Shown here one piece after another: positions 7,911-22,598 of a stretch of 64,000 bases of DNA. Every line of letters begins with the position of its first letter. Positions within the stretch are counted from its first letter, which is position 1. The notes below the pieces were generated by a model. It was given only the letters and a program-made list of their open reading frames with translations, was not told the origin of the DNA and searched no databases. The stretch is taken from positions 115,467-179,466 of the forward strand of contig SCTI01000001.1 in assembly GCA_004297735.1 (NCBI GenBank), written 5' to 3'. Position numbers and translations under genes: made by a program. Source of the DNA: Patescibacteria group bacterium (GTDB taxonomy: Bacteria; Patescibacteriota; Saccharimonadia; UBA4664; SCTI01).

Positions 7911-10900
7911 TTGGCACAGGCCACCGAGCGTCGATTCTTTAACAAAAACCGCGAAGTTATCGCACTACCAAATTTAATTCAAAATCAAATTGCCTCGTTT
8001 GAGTGGTTCACCACCGAAGGCCTTAAGGAGCTGTTTGCTTCGGTTAGTCCAATTGAGGACTTTACCGGTAAGAGCCTAGCGCTCTACTTTAAGGACTTTT
8101 ACTTTGAAGAGCCCAAGATCGATGAGGCTACCGCTAAAGGTAAGAACATAACCTACGAAGTGCCGCTTAAGGCAGTGGTTGAGCTGGTTAATAAAGAGAC
8201 CGGCGAGAAGAAGAGCCAGGAAATCTTTTTGGGTGACTACCCCTGGATGACCAGTAAGGGCACCTTCATCATTAATGGTGTTGAGCGAGTAGTGATTAGC
8301 CAGTTGGTTCGTTCACCTGGCGTATTCTTTGCTTCCGACATGGTTGGCGACGAGCACCTATTTGGCGCCAAGGTTATTCCAAGCCGTGGAGCTTGGTTGG
8401 AGTTCGATACCGCTCCAAACGGCGTGATTTCGGTCAAGATTGATCGTAAGCGCAAGCTGCCGGTTACCACTCTGTTGCGCGCCTTTGGATTTGCCGATGA
8501 TTCCGAAATTAAAAGTCTGTTTAAAGACGTTGATACCGGTGAGGTTAAGTACATCAATGAGACCCTCGATAAGGACGCTACCAGCAACATGAGCGAGGCC
8601 TTGATGGAGGTTTATCGCCGGATTCGTCCGGGTGATTTGGCTACCGTTGATAACTCAAAGCAGTTGATTGAAGGCATGTTCTTTGACCCTAAGCGTTACG
8701 ACTTTTCGAAGGTCGGTCGCTACAAGATTAACCGCCGATTTGGTACCAAGGTGCCAAACACGGTTGAAAACCGCATCTTCCGCCGTGAGGATTTGGTAGA
8801 CATCTTGCGCGAGATCATCCGTCTTAACAACGACCCTCAGGCTAAGCCAGAGGATATTGATGATCTGTCAAACCGTCGCTTGCGAATGGTTGGTGAGCTG
8901 ATTCAGGATCGTTTCCGAATTGGTCTTTTGCGCATGGAGCGCAACGTTAAGGATAAGATGAGCTTGTACGACCGCGAGACAGTTACCCCAGGTCAGCTGG
9001 TTAACGTTCGACCGGTAGTGGCTAGCGTTAAGGAGTTCTTTGCTAGCTCGCAGTTGAGCCAGTTTATGAACCAAACCAACCCACTAGCCGAGATTGCGCA
9101 CAAGCGACGCTTAACCGCGACCGGCGCCGGTGGTTTAAGCCGCGAACGAGCCGGTTTTGAGGTGCGCGATGTACACCGTAGTCACTATGGTCGTATCTGC
9201 CCAATTGAAACTCCCGAAGGTCCAAACGTTGGTTTGGTGTCCAACCTGGCTACTTATACTCAAGTTAATGAGTACGGCTTTTTGGAAACTCCTTATCGCA
9301 AGGTACTAAATGAGGTTCCGGCGGCTGAGGCGGCGGGGCATATTGCTCGAACCAACATCAAAGACTCTAGTGGCAGTGTGATCGTAAAGACGGGTGAGGT
9401 TATCACCGCAGCAGCAGCTAAAAAGCTAGCTAAGCTAGACAGCGAAATGGTGCCGGTTAAGGCTAAGGTTACCAGCGACGTGGTCTACTTGGATTCTGCC
9501 GACGAAGCCCAGGCTGCTATCACCGAAGCTTCAACCCCACTAAACGATGACAACTACTTTGCTGAAAGTCGCGTACCGGTTCGTCGTGGTGGCGAGACGG
9601 TTGAGGCCGACTCAAACTTGGTCAACTACATGGATGTATCAAGTAAGCAAATCATCTCGGTTTCAACCGCTTTGATTCCATTTATTGAAAACGATGACCC
9701 GAAGCGAGCGCTGATGGGCGCGAACATGCAGAAGCAGGCCGTTTCGCTAGTTAAGCCAGAGGCGCCAGTGGTTGGTACCGGTATGGAGGCGATTGTGGCT
9801 CGCGATTCAGGTCAGGTGATTGTGGCCGAAGAGGATGGCGAGGTGATTACCGCTACCGCCAGCAAGATCGTGGTTAAGTACAAGAAAAAGGGCGAGCAAA
9901 CCTACGAGCTGATTAAGTTTTCGCGCAGCAACGAAGGCACCAGTGTTAACCAAAAGGTAGTGGTAACCAGCGGTCAGAAGCTCAAGCAGGGTGACGTGTT
10001 GGCCGATGGTATGTCGACCGATAATGGTGAGCTGGCGCTGGGCCAGAACGTGCTGGTGGCATTCATGTCATGGGGTGGTTACAACTTTGAGGACGCCATC
10101 ATTATCAGCCAGCGGTTGGTACAGGATGATCGTTACAGCTCAATTCACATTGAGACCTACGAGGTCGACGTGCGTGACACCAAGCTGGGGCCGGAGATTG
10201 TTACTCGAGACATTCCAAACGTTAGCGAAGACAGCCTTAAAGACTTGGACGAAAACGGTGTGGTCCGCATTGGTGCGGAGGTTAGCGCCGGAGACATTCT
10301 AGTCGGCAAGATTACTCCTAAGGGTGAGCAAGAGCTGTCGAGCGAAGAGCGTTTGCTGCGAGCCATCTTTGGCGAAAAGGCCCGCGACGTTAAAGATACC
10401 AGCCTGCGGATGCCAAACGGCGAACGTGGTAAGGTGGTTGGCGTTAAGGTCTTTAGCCGCGAAAACGGTGACGAGCTACAGGCCGGAGTAATCGAGCAGT
10501 ATCACGTATCGGTAGCTCAGCTACGTAAAATGAGCGCCGGCGACAAGATGGCCGGACGCCACGGTAACAAGGGTGTGGTTGCTAAGGTTGTGCCAATCGA
10601 GGATATGCCATATCTCGATGATGGTACTCCAGTCGACATGATTTTGAACCCGCTTGGCGTAAGTTCACGTATGAACATCGGACAGGTGTTTGAGACTCAC
10701 CTGGGTCTTGCCGCTCGAGCGCTGGGTTACAACGTGGCTACACCAGCCTTTGACGGTGTTAACGTCGAAAAGATTAAAGAAGAGCTCAAGCGAGCCGGCC
10801 TCCCCGATGATGGTAAGTCGCAGCTGTTTGACGGTAAGACCGGCGAGCCGTTCCAGGAGCGAACTACGGTTGGTTACAAGTACATGCTTAAGCTCGACCA

Positions 10901-11441
10901 CATGGTTGACGACAAGCTGCATGCTCGCTCAACCGGCCCATACGCTATGGTGACTCAGCAGCCACTTGGCGGTAAGGCACAACGTGGTGGTCAGCGCTTT
11001 GGTGAGATGGAGGTGTGGGCACTCGAAGCTTACGGTGCCGCTAACACCCTGCAGGAAATCCTGACTATTAAATCAGACGACGTGGTTGGTCGCTCAAAGG
11101 CCTACGAGGCCATCATTAAGGGCGAAGAGATCCGCGGACCACGTATCCCCGAGTCATTCAACGTGTTGGTTAAGGAGTTGCAGAGCTTAGGTATGGCAAT
11201 CGACTTAATCCGCGAAGATGGCGGCGAGGAAAAAGAGCTGGATGCCGAAGAGGTACTAAGCGACCAAATTACGGCTGAAGCCAATGAACTAGGAAACGAT
11301 AAGTTAATGAAGGGTGATGAGGTAGCTGATATGCCGCTGGTTGATTTAGCTGGTGGGCAAGAAGATCCATTAGAGGTTGAGGCAGAGGTCGCTGCCGAAG
11401 CCGCTACTACAGACGCCGTAACTACGGAGCAAGAGGCCTAA
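7911..11441 (+). CDS. rpoB: RNA polymerase beta subunit
   Basis: GRICPIETPEGPN, GDKMAGRHGNKG, GQRFGEME; start moved to TTG 7911 behind AAGGAGG SD. Confidence 0.98.
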   Translation: MAQATERRFFNKNREVIALPNLIQNQIASFEWFTTEGLKELFASVSPIEDFTGKSLALYFKDFYFEEPKIDEATAKGKNITYEVPLKAVVELVNKETGEKKSQEIFLGDYPWMTSKGTFIINGVERVVISQLVRSPGVFFASDMVGDEHLFGAKVIPSRGAWLEFDTAPNGVISVKIDRKRKLPVTTLLRAFGFADDSEIKSLFKDVDTGEVKYINETLDKDATSNMSEALMEVYRRIRPGDLATVDNSKQLIEGMFFDPKRYDFSKVGRYKINRRFGTKVPNTVENRIFRREDLVDILREIIRLNNDPQAKPEDIDDLSNRRLRMVGELIQDRFRIGLLRMERNVKDKMSLYDRETVTPGQLVNVRPVVASVKEFFASSQLSQFMNQTNPLAEIAHKRRLTATGAGGLSRERAGFEVRDVHRSHYGRICPIETPEGPNVGLVSNLATYTQVNEYGFLETPYRKVLNEVPAAEAAGHIARTNIKDSSGSVIVKTGEVITAAAAKKLAKLDSEMVPVKAKVTSDVVYLDSADEAQAAITEASTPLNDDNYFAESRVPVRRGGETVEADSNLVNYMDVSSKQIISVSTALIPFIENDDPKRALMGANMQKQAVSLVKPEAPVVGTGMEAIVARDSGQVIVAEEDGEVITATASKIVVKYKKKGEQTYELIKFSRSNEGTSVNQKVVVTSGQKLKQGDVLADGMSTDNGELALGQNVLVAFMSWGGYNFEDAIIISQRLVQDDRYSSIHIETYEVDVRDTKLGPEIVTRDIPNVSEDSLKDLDENGVVRIGAEVSAGDILVGKITPKGEQELSSEERLLRAIFGEKARDVKDTSLRMPNGERGKVVGVKVFSRENGDELQAGVIEQYHVSVAQLRKMSAGDKMAGRHGNKGVVAKVVPIEDMPYLDDGTPVDMILNPLGVSSRMNIGQVFETHLGLAARALGYNVATPAFDGVNVEKIKEELKRAGLPDDGKSQLFDGKTGEPFQERTTVGYKYMLKLDHMVDDKLHARSTGPYAMVTQQPLGGKAQRGGQRFGEMEVWALEAYGAANTLQEILTIKSDDVVGRSKAYEAIIKGEEIRGPRIPESFNVLVKELQSLGMAIDLIREDGGEEKELDAEEVLSDQITAEANELGNDKLMKGDEVADMPLVDLAGGQEDPLEVEAEVAAEAATTDAVTTEQEA

Positions 11442-11442
11442 G

Positions 11443-15339
<3,897 letters not shown>

Positions 15340-15387
15340 CGGATGAGCCAATTTCTGTTTAACTATCTAGGTCTATAAGGAACACAC

Positions 15388-15801
15388 ATGCCAACAATTA
15401 ATCAATTAATTCGTAAGCCACGCCAGTCTAAGGGACAGAAGTCAAACACTCCTGCCCTAGGCCGGACGTTGAACGCGCTTAAGGGTAAGACCTATGCCAA
15501 GGGTGCGCCCTTAAAGCGCGGTGTGTGTACCAAGGTGTCTACCACCACCCCAAAGAAGCCAAACTCGGCTTTGCGTAAGATTGCACGTGTACGCCTCTCT
15601 AACGGAATGGAAGTCACCGCTTACATTCCGGGTGAGGGCCACAACCTGCAGGAGCACAGCGTGGTACTGATCCGCGGTGGTCGTGTAAAGGACCTTCCGG
15701 GTGTGCGTTACCACATCGTGCGCGGTGCGCTTGATACCGCTGGTGTCAGCAACCGCAAGCAGGGTCGTAGCAAGTATGGCGCTAAAAAAGATAAGAGCTA
15801 A
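15388..15801 (+). CDS. rpsL: 30S ribosomal protein S12
   Basis: [22 protein letters not shown]. Confidence 0.99.
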   Translation: MPTINQLIRKPRQSKGQKSNTPALGRTLNALKGKTYAKGAPLKRGVCTKVSTTTPKKPNSALRKIARVRLSNGMEVTAYIPGEGHNLQEHSVVLIRGGRVKDLPGVRYHIVRGALDTAGVSNRKQGRSKYGAKKDKS

Positions 15802-15863
15802 CAATTTAATCACACCCGCCGTCTAATACGGAGCTCGGGTAGTAACTCATAAAGGAGTGAAGC

Positions 15864-16340
15864 ATGCCACGAAAAAAGACCAAGTCATTTAAACGCCAAA
15901 TCAACCCGGATCTTCAGTATCAGAGCGTATTGGTATCCAAGATGATCAACAAGATCATGCGCCATGGTAAAAAGCGTCTGGCTGAAAGCCTAATGTATGG
16001 CGCAATGAGCGAGATCAAAGAAAAGCTGAAGCAGGATCCGCTAGAAGTGTTTGAGACCGCGATTAAGAACGTCTCACCTCAGCTACAGGTACGAGCTAAG
16101 CGAATCGGCGGCGCCACCTACCAGGTACCAATGGAGGTCAAGGGCGATCGTAAGACTCACTTGGCCATGACTTGGATTCTTGATTCGGTGCGCAACAAGT
16201 CGGGTAAGCCGTTCGATAAGCTACTAGCCCAGGAGCTAATGGACGCTTACAATAACACCGGTGACGCAATTAAGAAAAAAGAAGACACCCACCGCATGGC
16301 CGAGGCCAACAAAGCCTTTGCTCACTTTGCGCGGTATTAA
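15864..16340 (+). CDS. rpsG: 30S ribosomal protein S7
   Basis: IGGATYQVP, HRMAEANKAFAH. Confidence 0.99.
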   Translation: MPRKKTKSFKRQINPDLQYQSVLVSKMINKIMRHGKKRLAESLMYGAMSEIKEKLKQDPLEVFETAIKNVSPQLQVRAKRIGGATYQVPMEVKGDRKTHLAMTWILDSVRNKSGKPFDKLLAQELMDAYNNTGDAIKKKEDTHRMAEANKAFAHFARY

Positions 16341-16360
16341 ATTAGAGGGAATGCACGATA

Positions 16361-18442
16361 ATGGCACGCGAATATAGTTTAGATAAAACTCGTAACATTG
16401 GCATCATTGCCCACATTGACGCTGGTAAAACCACCACTACCGAAGGTATTTTGTACCGTACCGGTAAGACTCACAAGATTGGTGAGGTTCATGAAGGCGA
16501 AGCCACCATGGACTGGATGGAGCAAGAGCAAGAGCGCGGTATTACCATTACCTCGGCTGCGACCACCTGTTTCTGGAACGATACTCGTATCAACATCATT
16601 GATACGCCGGGCCACATCGACTTTACCGTAGAGGTTGAGCGGTCTTTGCGCGTGCTCGACGGCGCGGTGACGGTGTTTGACGGCAAGATGGGTGTGGAGC
16701 CACAGTCGGAGACGGTTTGGCGTCAGGCCGACAAGTACGGCGTGCCTCGCATTTGTTTTATTAACAAGATTAACCAGACCGGCGGAGACTTTTACAAGAG
16801 TCTCGAGTCGATTCATGAGCGTTTGAGCAAGCGCGTCTACGCCATTCACCTGCCAATTGGTTTTGAGCAGAGCATCAACGGAATCGTTGATTTGGTTGAA
16901 ATGAAGGCCTTTACCTACGGCGACTACACCGACAAGGAGCTGAAAGAGGTTGAGATCCCAGCCGACATGAAGGAAAAGGTTGAACGCTACCGCAACCATT
17001 TGATTGAGGCGGCGGTTGAGGCCGATGACGACATGATGGAGAAGTATCTGGAAGGTAACGAGCTAACCGTTGAGGAGCTCAAGGGCTTGATCCGTAAGAG
17101 CGTGCTTTCGGGTGAGTTCTACGCCGTTAGTGGTGGCGATGGTCGCGGCGTGATTGTTGAAAAACTGCTTGATGCGGTGGTTGACTACCTACCAAGCCCG
17201 CTCGACGTTCCTCCAGTTACCGGTACCGATCCAAAGACCGGCGAGACCTTGCTGCGTAAAAGTAGCGACGAGGAGCCATTTTCGGCCCTCGCCTTTAAGA
17301 TTGCCGCCGACCCATTTGTTGGTAAGCTCGCCTTCTTCCGCGTTTACTCAGGTACGCTTAAGTCCGGTTCATACATTCTTAACTCAAGCACCGGCCAAAA
17401 GGAGCGCATCGGTCGAATCCTACGTATGCATGCCAACAGCCGCGAAGAAGTGCAAGAAGTGTACGCCGGTGAGATTGCCGCTGCCGTGGGTCTTAAGGGC
17501 ACCATGACCGGCCACACCATGAGCGATCAAGCTAACCCAATTATTCTTGAAAGCATCGAGTTCCCGGATCCAGTTATCCAGATCGCGATTGAGCCAAAGA
17601 CCAAGGCCGACCAAGAAAAGATGAGTTTAGCTCTCCAGCGCTTGGCCGAAGAGGATCCAACCTTCCGGGTTTCGACCAACCATGAGACCGGTCAGACCTT
17701 GATTGCCGGTATGGGTGAGCTTCACCTGGACATTTTGGTAGACCGCATGAAGCGTGAATTTAAGGTTGAGGCTAACATCGGTACACCACAGGTAGCGTAC
17801 CGTGAGACTATCCGCAAGCCGAATCAGGTTCAGGGCAAGTTTGTCCGTCAGTCGGGTGGACGCGGTCAGTATGGTGACGTCTGGCTAGAACTAACCCCAC
17901 AGGAGCCTGGTGCCGGCTTTGAGTTTGAAAACGCCATCGTTGGTGGTGTGATCCCACGCGAGTACATCAAGCCGGTCGAAGAGGGCGTTAAAGAGGCCAT
18001 GCAAAACGGCGTGTTGGCTGGCTACCCGGTAGTCGACATCAAGGCCAAGTTATACGACGGCTCGTACCACGATGTTGACTCCAGTGAAATGGCCTTTAAG
18101 ATTGCCGGTTCAATGGCGCTGCAAGAGGGTGTACGCAAGGGCGATCCAGTTATGTTGGAGCCGGTAATGAAGGTCGAGGTAACCGTACCAGAAGAGTTTA
18201 TGGGCGACGTAATTGGTGACATCAACTCCAAGCGTGGTCGTATCCAAGAAATGACCGATCGTGGTCAGGCCAAGGTGGTTCAGGCCTTTGTGCCACTGGC
18301 TGAGATGTTTGGTTATACCACTACCTTACGTTCGATGACCCAGGGCCGTGCCTCAAACTCAATGGAGTTTGATCACTACGCCGAGGTCCCACCTAACGTA
18401 GCCGAGGATATTATCGGCAAGCACGCCGCTTCTAAAGCCTAA
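16361..18442 (+). CDS. fusA: elongation factor G
   Basis: [19 protein letters not shown]; position in str operon; atypical G4/G5 motifs. Confidence 0.98.
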   Translation: MAREYSLDKTRNIGIIAHIDAGKTTTTEGILYRTGKTHKIGEVHEGEATMDWMEQEQERGITITSAATTCFWNDTRINIIDTPGHIDFTVEVERSLRVLDGAVTVFDGKMGVEPQSETVWRQADKYGVPRICFINKINQTGGDFYKSLESIHERLSKRVYAIHLPIGFEQSINGIVDLVEMKAFTYGDYTDKELKEVEIPADMKEKVERYRNHLIEAAVEADDDMMEKYLEGNELTVEELKGLIRKSVLSGEFYAVSGGDGRGVIVEKLLDAVVDYLPSPLDVPPVTGTDPKTGETLLRKSSDEEPFSALAFKIAADPFVGKLAFFRVYSGTLKSGSYILNSSTGQKERIGRILRMHANSREEVQEVYAGEIAAAVGLKGTMTGHTMSDQANPIILESIEFPDPVIQIAIEPKTKADQEKMSLALQRLAEEDPTFRVSTNHETGQTLIAGMGELHLDILVDRMKREFKVEANIGTPQVAYRETIRKPNQVQGKFVRQSGGRGQYGDVWLELTPQEPGAGFEFENAIVGGVIPREYIKPVEEGVKEAMQNGVLAGYPVVDIKAKLYDGSYHDVDSSEMAFKIAGSMALQEGVRKGDPVMLEPVMKVEVTVPEEFMGDVIGDINSKRGRIQEMTDRGQAKVVQAFVPLAEMFGYTTTLRSMTQGRASNSMEFDHYAEVPPNVAEDIIGKHAASKA

Positions 18443-18637
18443 GCGGCGGCTTCCGATTTACCTCTTTACAGAGGCGGAAATTCCTCCTATACTATGAGGG
18501 TCCGTTTTGGGCAGTTACTCTATTGCCTAAAATATTTAACAACTAATAAATGTTTCATTGCAGATCGCTGACTCTAGTCGCGACACCCTCGATTGGCAGG
18601 GTTAACAATCTGAAATGAAACAATAAAAGGAGAACCA

Positions 18638-19813
18638 ATGGCAGAATTTCAGCGAACCAAGCCCCACGTCAACGTTGGTACTATGGGTCACGTCGATCAC
18701 GGTAAAACTACCCTGACCGCTGCGATCACCACCGTATTGGCTAAGCGCTTGCCAGATGATATTAACAAGCCGGTTAATTACGACCAGATTGATAACGCTC
18801 CCGAAGAGAAGCAGCGCGGTATTACCATCGCCACCTCTCACCAGGAGTACAACAGCGAAAAGCGACACTACGCTCACGTTGATATGCCAGGTCACGCCGA
18901 CTACGTAAAGAACATGATTACCGGCGCTGCCCAGATTGATGGTGCTATCCTGGTAGTTAGTGCGGCTGACGGCCCAATGCCTCAGACCCGCGAGCACATC
19001 TTGCTGGCAAAGCAGGTTGGTGTTCCTTACATCCTCGTGTTCATGAACAAGATGGATATGGCCGATCCAGAGCTAGCCGAGCTAGTTGAGATGGAAATCC
19101 GCGAACTGTTGGCAGCTCAGGGCTTTGACGAGAATGCCCCAGTGATTAAGGGCTCGGCTCTAAAGGCGCTGGAAGGCGACAAAGAGTACGAGGATAAGAT
19201 CATGGAGCTGGTTGAAGCAATGGATGCTTCGATCCCAGAGCCAAAGCGTGAAGTTGATAAGCCGTTCATGATGGCCATTGAGGATGTGTTCTCAATTAAG
19301 GGCCGTGGTACGGTTGCTACCGGTCGCATCGATCAGGGCAAGTTGGCAGTAAACGACGAGGTTGAAATCGTTGGTATTCGCCCAACCAAAAAGACCACCG
19401 TTACCGGCGTAGAGATGTTCAAGAAGTTGCTACCTGATGCTCAGGCTGGTGACAACATTGGCGCCTTGCTCCGCGGTATTGAGCGAACCGATATTGAGCG
19501 CGGTCAGGTATTGGCCAAGCCAGGTTCAATCACTCCCCACACCGAGTTTGATGCTGAGGTTTACGTACTAAAGAAGGAAGAGGGCGGACGCCACACCCCA
19601 TTCTTTAAGGGCTACAAGCCACAGTTTTACATCCGAACCACCGATGTTACCGGCGAGATTCAGTTTGAAGGCGAAATGGTGATGCCGGGCGACAACGTTC
19701 AGATGAAGGTTAAGCTGATCGCTCCGATCGCCATGGAAGATGGCCTCCGCTTCGCTATTCGCGAGGGTGGACGCACCGTTGGAGCCGGAGTCGTAACTAA
19801 GATTACCAAGTAA
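18638..19813 (+). CDS. tuf: elongation factor Tu
   Basis: [21 protein letters not shown]. Confidence 0.99.
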   Translation: MAEFQRTKPHVNVGTMGHVDHGKTTLTAAITTVLAKRLPDDINKPVNYDQIDNAPEEKQRGITIATSHQEYNSEKRHYAHVDMPGHADYVKNMITGAAQIDGAILVVSAADGPMPQTREHILLAKQVGVPYILVFMNKMDMADPELAELVEMEIRELLAAQGFDENAPVIKGSALKALEGDKEYEDKIMELVEAMDASIPEPKREVDKPFMMAIEDVFSIKGRGTVATGRIDQGKLAVNDEVEIVGIRPTKKTTVTGVEMFKKLLPDAQAGDNIGALLRGIERTDIERGQVLAKPGSITPHTEFDAEVYVLKKEEGGRHTPFFKGYKPQFYIRTTDVTGEIQFEGEMVMPGDNVQMKVKLIAPIAMEDGLRFAIREGGRTVGAGVVTKITK

Positions 19814-19822
19814 CACAGAACC

Positions 19823-20146
19823 ATGACCAAAGAAGACGCACCTAAACAACGAATTCGCATCCGCTTAAAGGCCTACGATAACAAGGTTATCGACCAGTCG
19901 GCCAAGCAGATTCTTGATACCGCTATTCGCACCGGCGCTAAGGTTGCGGGGCCAATTCCGCTCCCAACCGACCGCAAGGTGACCACGGTCATCAAGAGCC
20001 CGCACGTCTTTAAAAAGGGACGAGAGCAGTTTGAGATGCGAACTCACAAGCGGCTATTAGACATCACCGAGCCAACCCCACGAACCGTTGACTCGCTGAT
20101 GAACCTCAATTTGCCAGCTGGCGTCGATATTGAAATCAAGATGTAG
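19823..20146 (+). CDS. rpsJ: 30S ribosomal protein S10
   Basis: [29 protein letters not shown]. Confidence 0.99.
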   Translation: MTKEDAPKQRIRIRLKAYDNKVIDQSAKQILDTAIRTGAKVAGPIPLPTDRKVTTVIKSPHVFKKGREQFEMRTHKRLLDITEPTPRTVDSLMNLNLPAGVDIEIKM

Positions 20147-20163
20147 CCATTAAGGCTGATCGC

Positions 20164-20195
20164 AAAGAAGTCCCGAAAGGGGCTTTTTTGTTTTT
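20164..20195 (+). terminator. intrinsic terminator after rpsJ
   Basis: AAGTCCC-GAAA-GGGGCTT followed by a T tract. Confidence 0.8.
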
Positions 20196-20329
20196 AACAT
20201 TCCAGATGTATTAGTTTAATACTACAAGCGCAGATATGAAATTAAGGCAATATTTGTAATTATTCACCAATGACAATATGATAAAGATAAGAGCATTGTA
20301 GAAATAGCTTAACAAAGGAGTTTTTAGTA

Positions 20330-20878
20330 ATGAAAGAGTATCTCCAAACAATGTGGTGGCTTTTGCTACTACGCGGCATATTTCTAATCCTACTAGGATT
20401 TTTTGCGGTGGTGTGGCCTGGTCTCACCCTGTACAGTTTTGCCCTCGGCTTTGCGTTGTACCTGGTGCTAGCAGGCATCGTCAATGCAATTAGCAGCCTG
20501 ATGGGTATTGGTAAGTTGCCACTGTGGTTTTTGTGGCTAGTGGTTGCCATTCTTGAGATTGGCGTAGGTGTATATGCACTTAAGCACCTGACTCTAACGG
20601 TGGCCACCATGATCTTGTTGGTAGGCCTGGTCTTTGTGGTCCGCGGCCTAATGGAGCTGATCTCCGCCTTTGGCGATGGCTTTGACGGCAAGCAGCGCAC
20701 CCTGTACGCCCTGTTGGGTGTATTGAGCTTGATTGCTGGTGTGGCGGTTTGGCTGTACCCGGTTGCGGGCGGCCTAGCCTTTACCTGGATCATTGGTTTG
20801 TACGGTATTGCGGCCGGCGCGTTCTTAATTGCGATGGCAATCGAGGCCAAGGGAGAGCTGAACAAGCTTGCGGCCTAA
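20330..20878 (+). CDS. HdeD/DUF308-family membrane protein
   Basis: WWLLLLRGIFLILLG start, ~6 TM helices in two repeats. Confidence 0.8.
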   Translation: MKEYLQTMWWLLLLRGIFLILLGFFAVVWPGLTLYSFALGFALYLVLAGIVNAISSLMGIGKLPLWFLWLVVAILEIGVGVYALKHLTLTVATMILLVGLVFVVRGLMELISAFGDGFDGKQRTLYALLGVLSLIAGVAVWLYPVAGGLAFTWIIGLYGIAAGAFLIAMAIEAKGELNKLAA

Positions 20879-20892
20879 CTAGAGCGTCCATA

Positions 20893-20924
20893 ACAGCCAC
20901 CCTTGATGCTCTGGGTGGCTGTTT
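20893..20924 (+). terminator. terminator-like hairpin
   Basis: ACAGCCACCC-N10-GGGTGGCTGT-TT. Confidence 0.6.
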
Positions 20925-20991
20925 GGATCTGCTTATGGTTGCGTTTAGATAAATCACAGGCCACAATGGGTGGCATACGGTAAGGAGAAGT

Positions 20992-21486
20992 ATGGATTTT
21001 CAGCAGGCAATTGAGTTTATGGCGGCGGTGTTAGTGGTAGCCGGTTCCGGAATTGTCTTGGGAGTGGCGATTAGAGGTAGAGGGCAGGTTAAGGCTCAAG
21101 CTCAAGCGAACCAAGCCCAGAGTAAGTTGGCTGATCTGTATGCAGAAATTATTGGTGAGTTGGACGAAGTTACAAAGGCCGATGAGCGGCGGAAGCAGTG
21201 GTTTATACATCGCTACTATCAAGCCTTGGTGACTGCTCCAGATTCGGTGATTCGGGCGCTCAACCGTTATCTCGACGCGGTTGGTACGGTCGAAGATGTT
21301 GATACCAAACAGATTATGGAGCTGCGTGGAGCCTTGATTAAGGCGATGAGACAGGATATTCAGCAGTCGGTAGGGACAAAAACCAAGCTGCACCCGCAGG
21401 AGCTTTACAAGATTGAGATCCGCTCTGGCGTAATTGATGAGGCGTCCGCCAAAGATACCCGCCGCGAAAGACAAACCTCACGCTAG
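20992..21486 (+). CDS. hypothetical protein with N-terminal TM anchor
   Basis: AAGGAG SD; one hydrophobic segment then helical domain. Confidence 0.65.
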   Translation: MDFQQAIEFMAAVLVVAGSGIVLGVAIRGRGQVKAQAQANQAQSKLADLYAEIIGELDEVTKADERRKQWFIHRYYQALVTAPDSVIRALNRYLDAVGTVEDVDTKQIMELRGALIKAMRQDIQQSVGTKTKLHPQELYKIEIRSGVIDEASAKDTRRERQTSR

Positions 21487-21551
21487 TAGTAGTAAATTCC
21501 TAGCATAAGCAGTATTATCAAAAAGTAAAACTATCAAACGGAAGCAGTTAA

Positions 21552-22019
21552 ATGGCTAGACCAACACAGCGGCGAGTGTATCGCCAAGCTAGTGGCAATC
21601 AAAACCTCGCTAGTCGCTATAATAGCCGTCGCTGGTATGAAATTCCCGACTGGGCAAAGGTTTGGGTGGTGGATAATGCCGGATGGGTTACCGCTATCAT
21701 TGCGCTGGTTTTATTCCCACCGACTTTGCTAGCGCTGGTATTGGGGGTGTACCGACTGCCCTTCCTCGATTTTTTGGGTGTACCGACCAGCGCCAATGGG
21801 CTTGGTTTGGCCGCCGCGGTCTTAATTATTAAATTTATTTTTGTGGTGGCAGCGATCCGGCCGCTATTTAAACGAGAAATAAAGGGCTGGTATTTCCTGG
21901 TTGCCGCCGCCACTGTCCACTTGGCGCATAGTGTGATCCTCCAGCACGCTATTACTGGTACGGCAGTGCTATTGGGTACGGTGTATCTCTACGTTATGGT
22001 GCGCCGTCGATATCACTAA
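21552..22019 (+). CDS. hypothetical membrane protein (paralog of next gene)
   Basis: IPDWAKVWVV...W and LFKREIKGW motifs mirrored in 22083-22532. Confidence 0.65.
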   Translation: MARPTQRRVYRQASGNQNLASRYNSRRWYEIPDWAKVWVVDNAGWVTAIIALVLFPPTLLALVLGVYRLPFLDFLGVPTSANGLGLAAAVLIIKFIFVVAAIRPLFKREIKGWYFLVAAATVHLAHSVILQHAITGTAVLLGTVYLYVMVRRRYH

Positions 22020-22082
22020 AGGTGTGTTTGCTTTAGTATAAGCATTAGTAGTATGATCACCTTGTAATAAAAGGAAATTATC

Positions 22083-22532
22083 ATGGCAACCTCCCAACCA
22101 CCAAAAGAGCTAATGGGATGGCTTGAATATTATTTAGTGACCAAGGCTCCGTTTCAGATCCCGCCCAACGCGCGTGAGTGGATTGTAAAATATAGCCCCT
22201 GGATTAACATCGTACTGTTAGTATTGTTCGCACCGGCAATTTTGCTTGCACTAGGAGTTGGAGCGGCGTTGGTGCCATTTAGTGCGGTCGGGGGAGCGAG
22301 TGCAGCCACCGGACTATCTTTTGCGCTGGTAGCCCTGGTGCTTCAAGTTGGCTTGATGATCGCTGCCCTACCTGGTTTGTTTGCGCGCAAAAAGATTGGT
22401 TGGCAACTGGTATTTTATAGTGTGGTGCTGAACCTGATCTTTAGCCTCCTTAACTTTAATATTGTTGGCGGTTTACTCAGCGCGGTATTAGGGTCATACG
22501 TTCTGTTCCAGATCAAGTCCTACTACAAATAG
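22083..22532 (+). CDS. hypothetical membrane protein
   Basis: IPPNAREWIVKYSPW, GLFARKKIGW, LFQIKSYYK; ~4 TM. Confidence 0.75.
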   Translation: MATSQPPKELMGWLEYYLVTKAPFQIPPNAREWIVKYSPWINIVLLVLFAPAILLALGVGAALVPFSAVGGASAATGLSFALVALVLQVGLMIAALPGLFARKKIGWQLVFYSVVLNLIFSLLNFNIVGGLLSAVLGSYVLFQIKSYYK

Positions 22533-22598
22533 GCCGAAGCCGCCTCGGGCCAAACATTAACCGTTGTCAGCTAACGATCTGAAGCGGATAATGACGAC

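Noticed and set aside
15814..15840. Hairpin between rpsL and rpsG as an S7 autoregulatory site
   Set aside because: Plausible by position but too short to support without alignments
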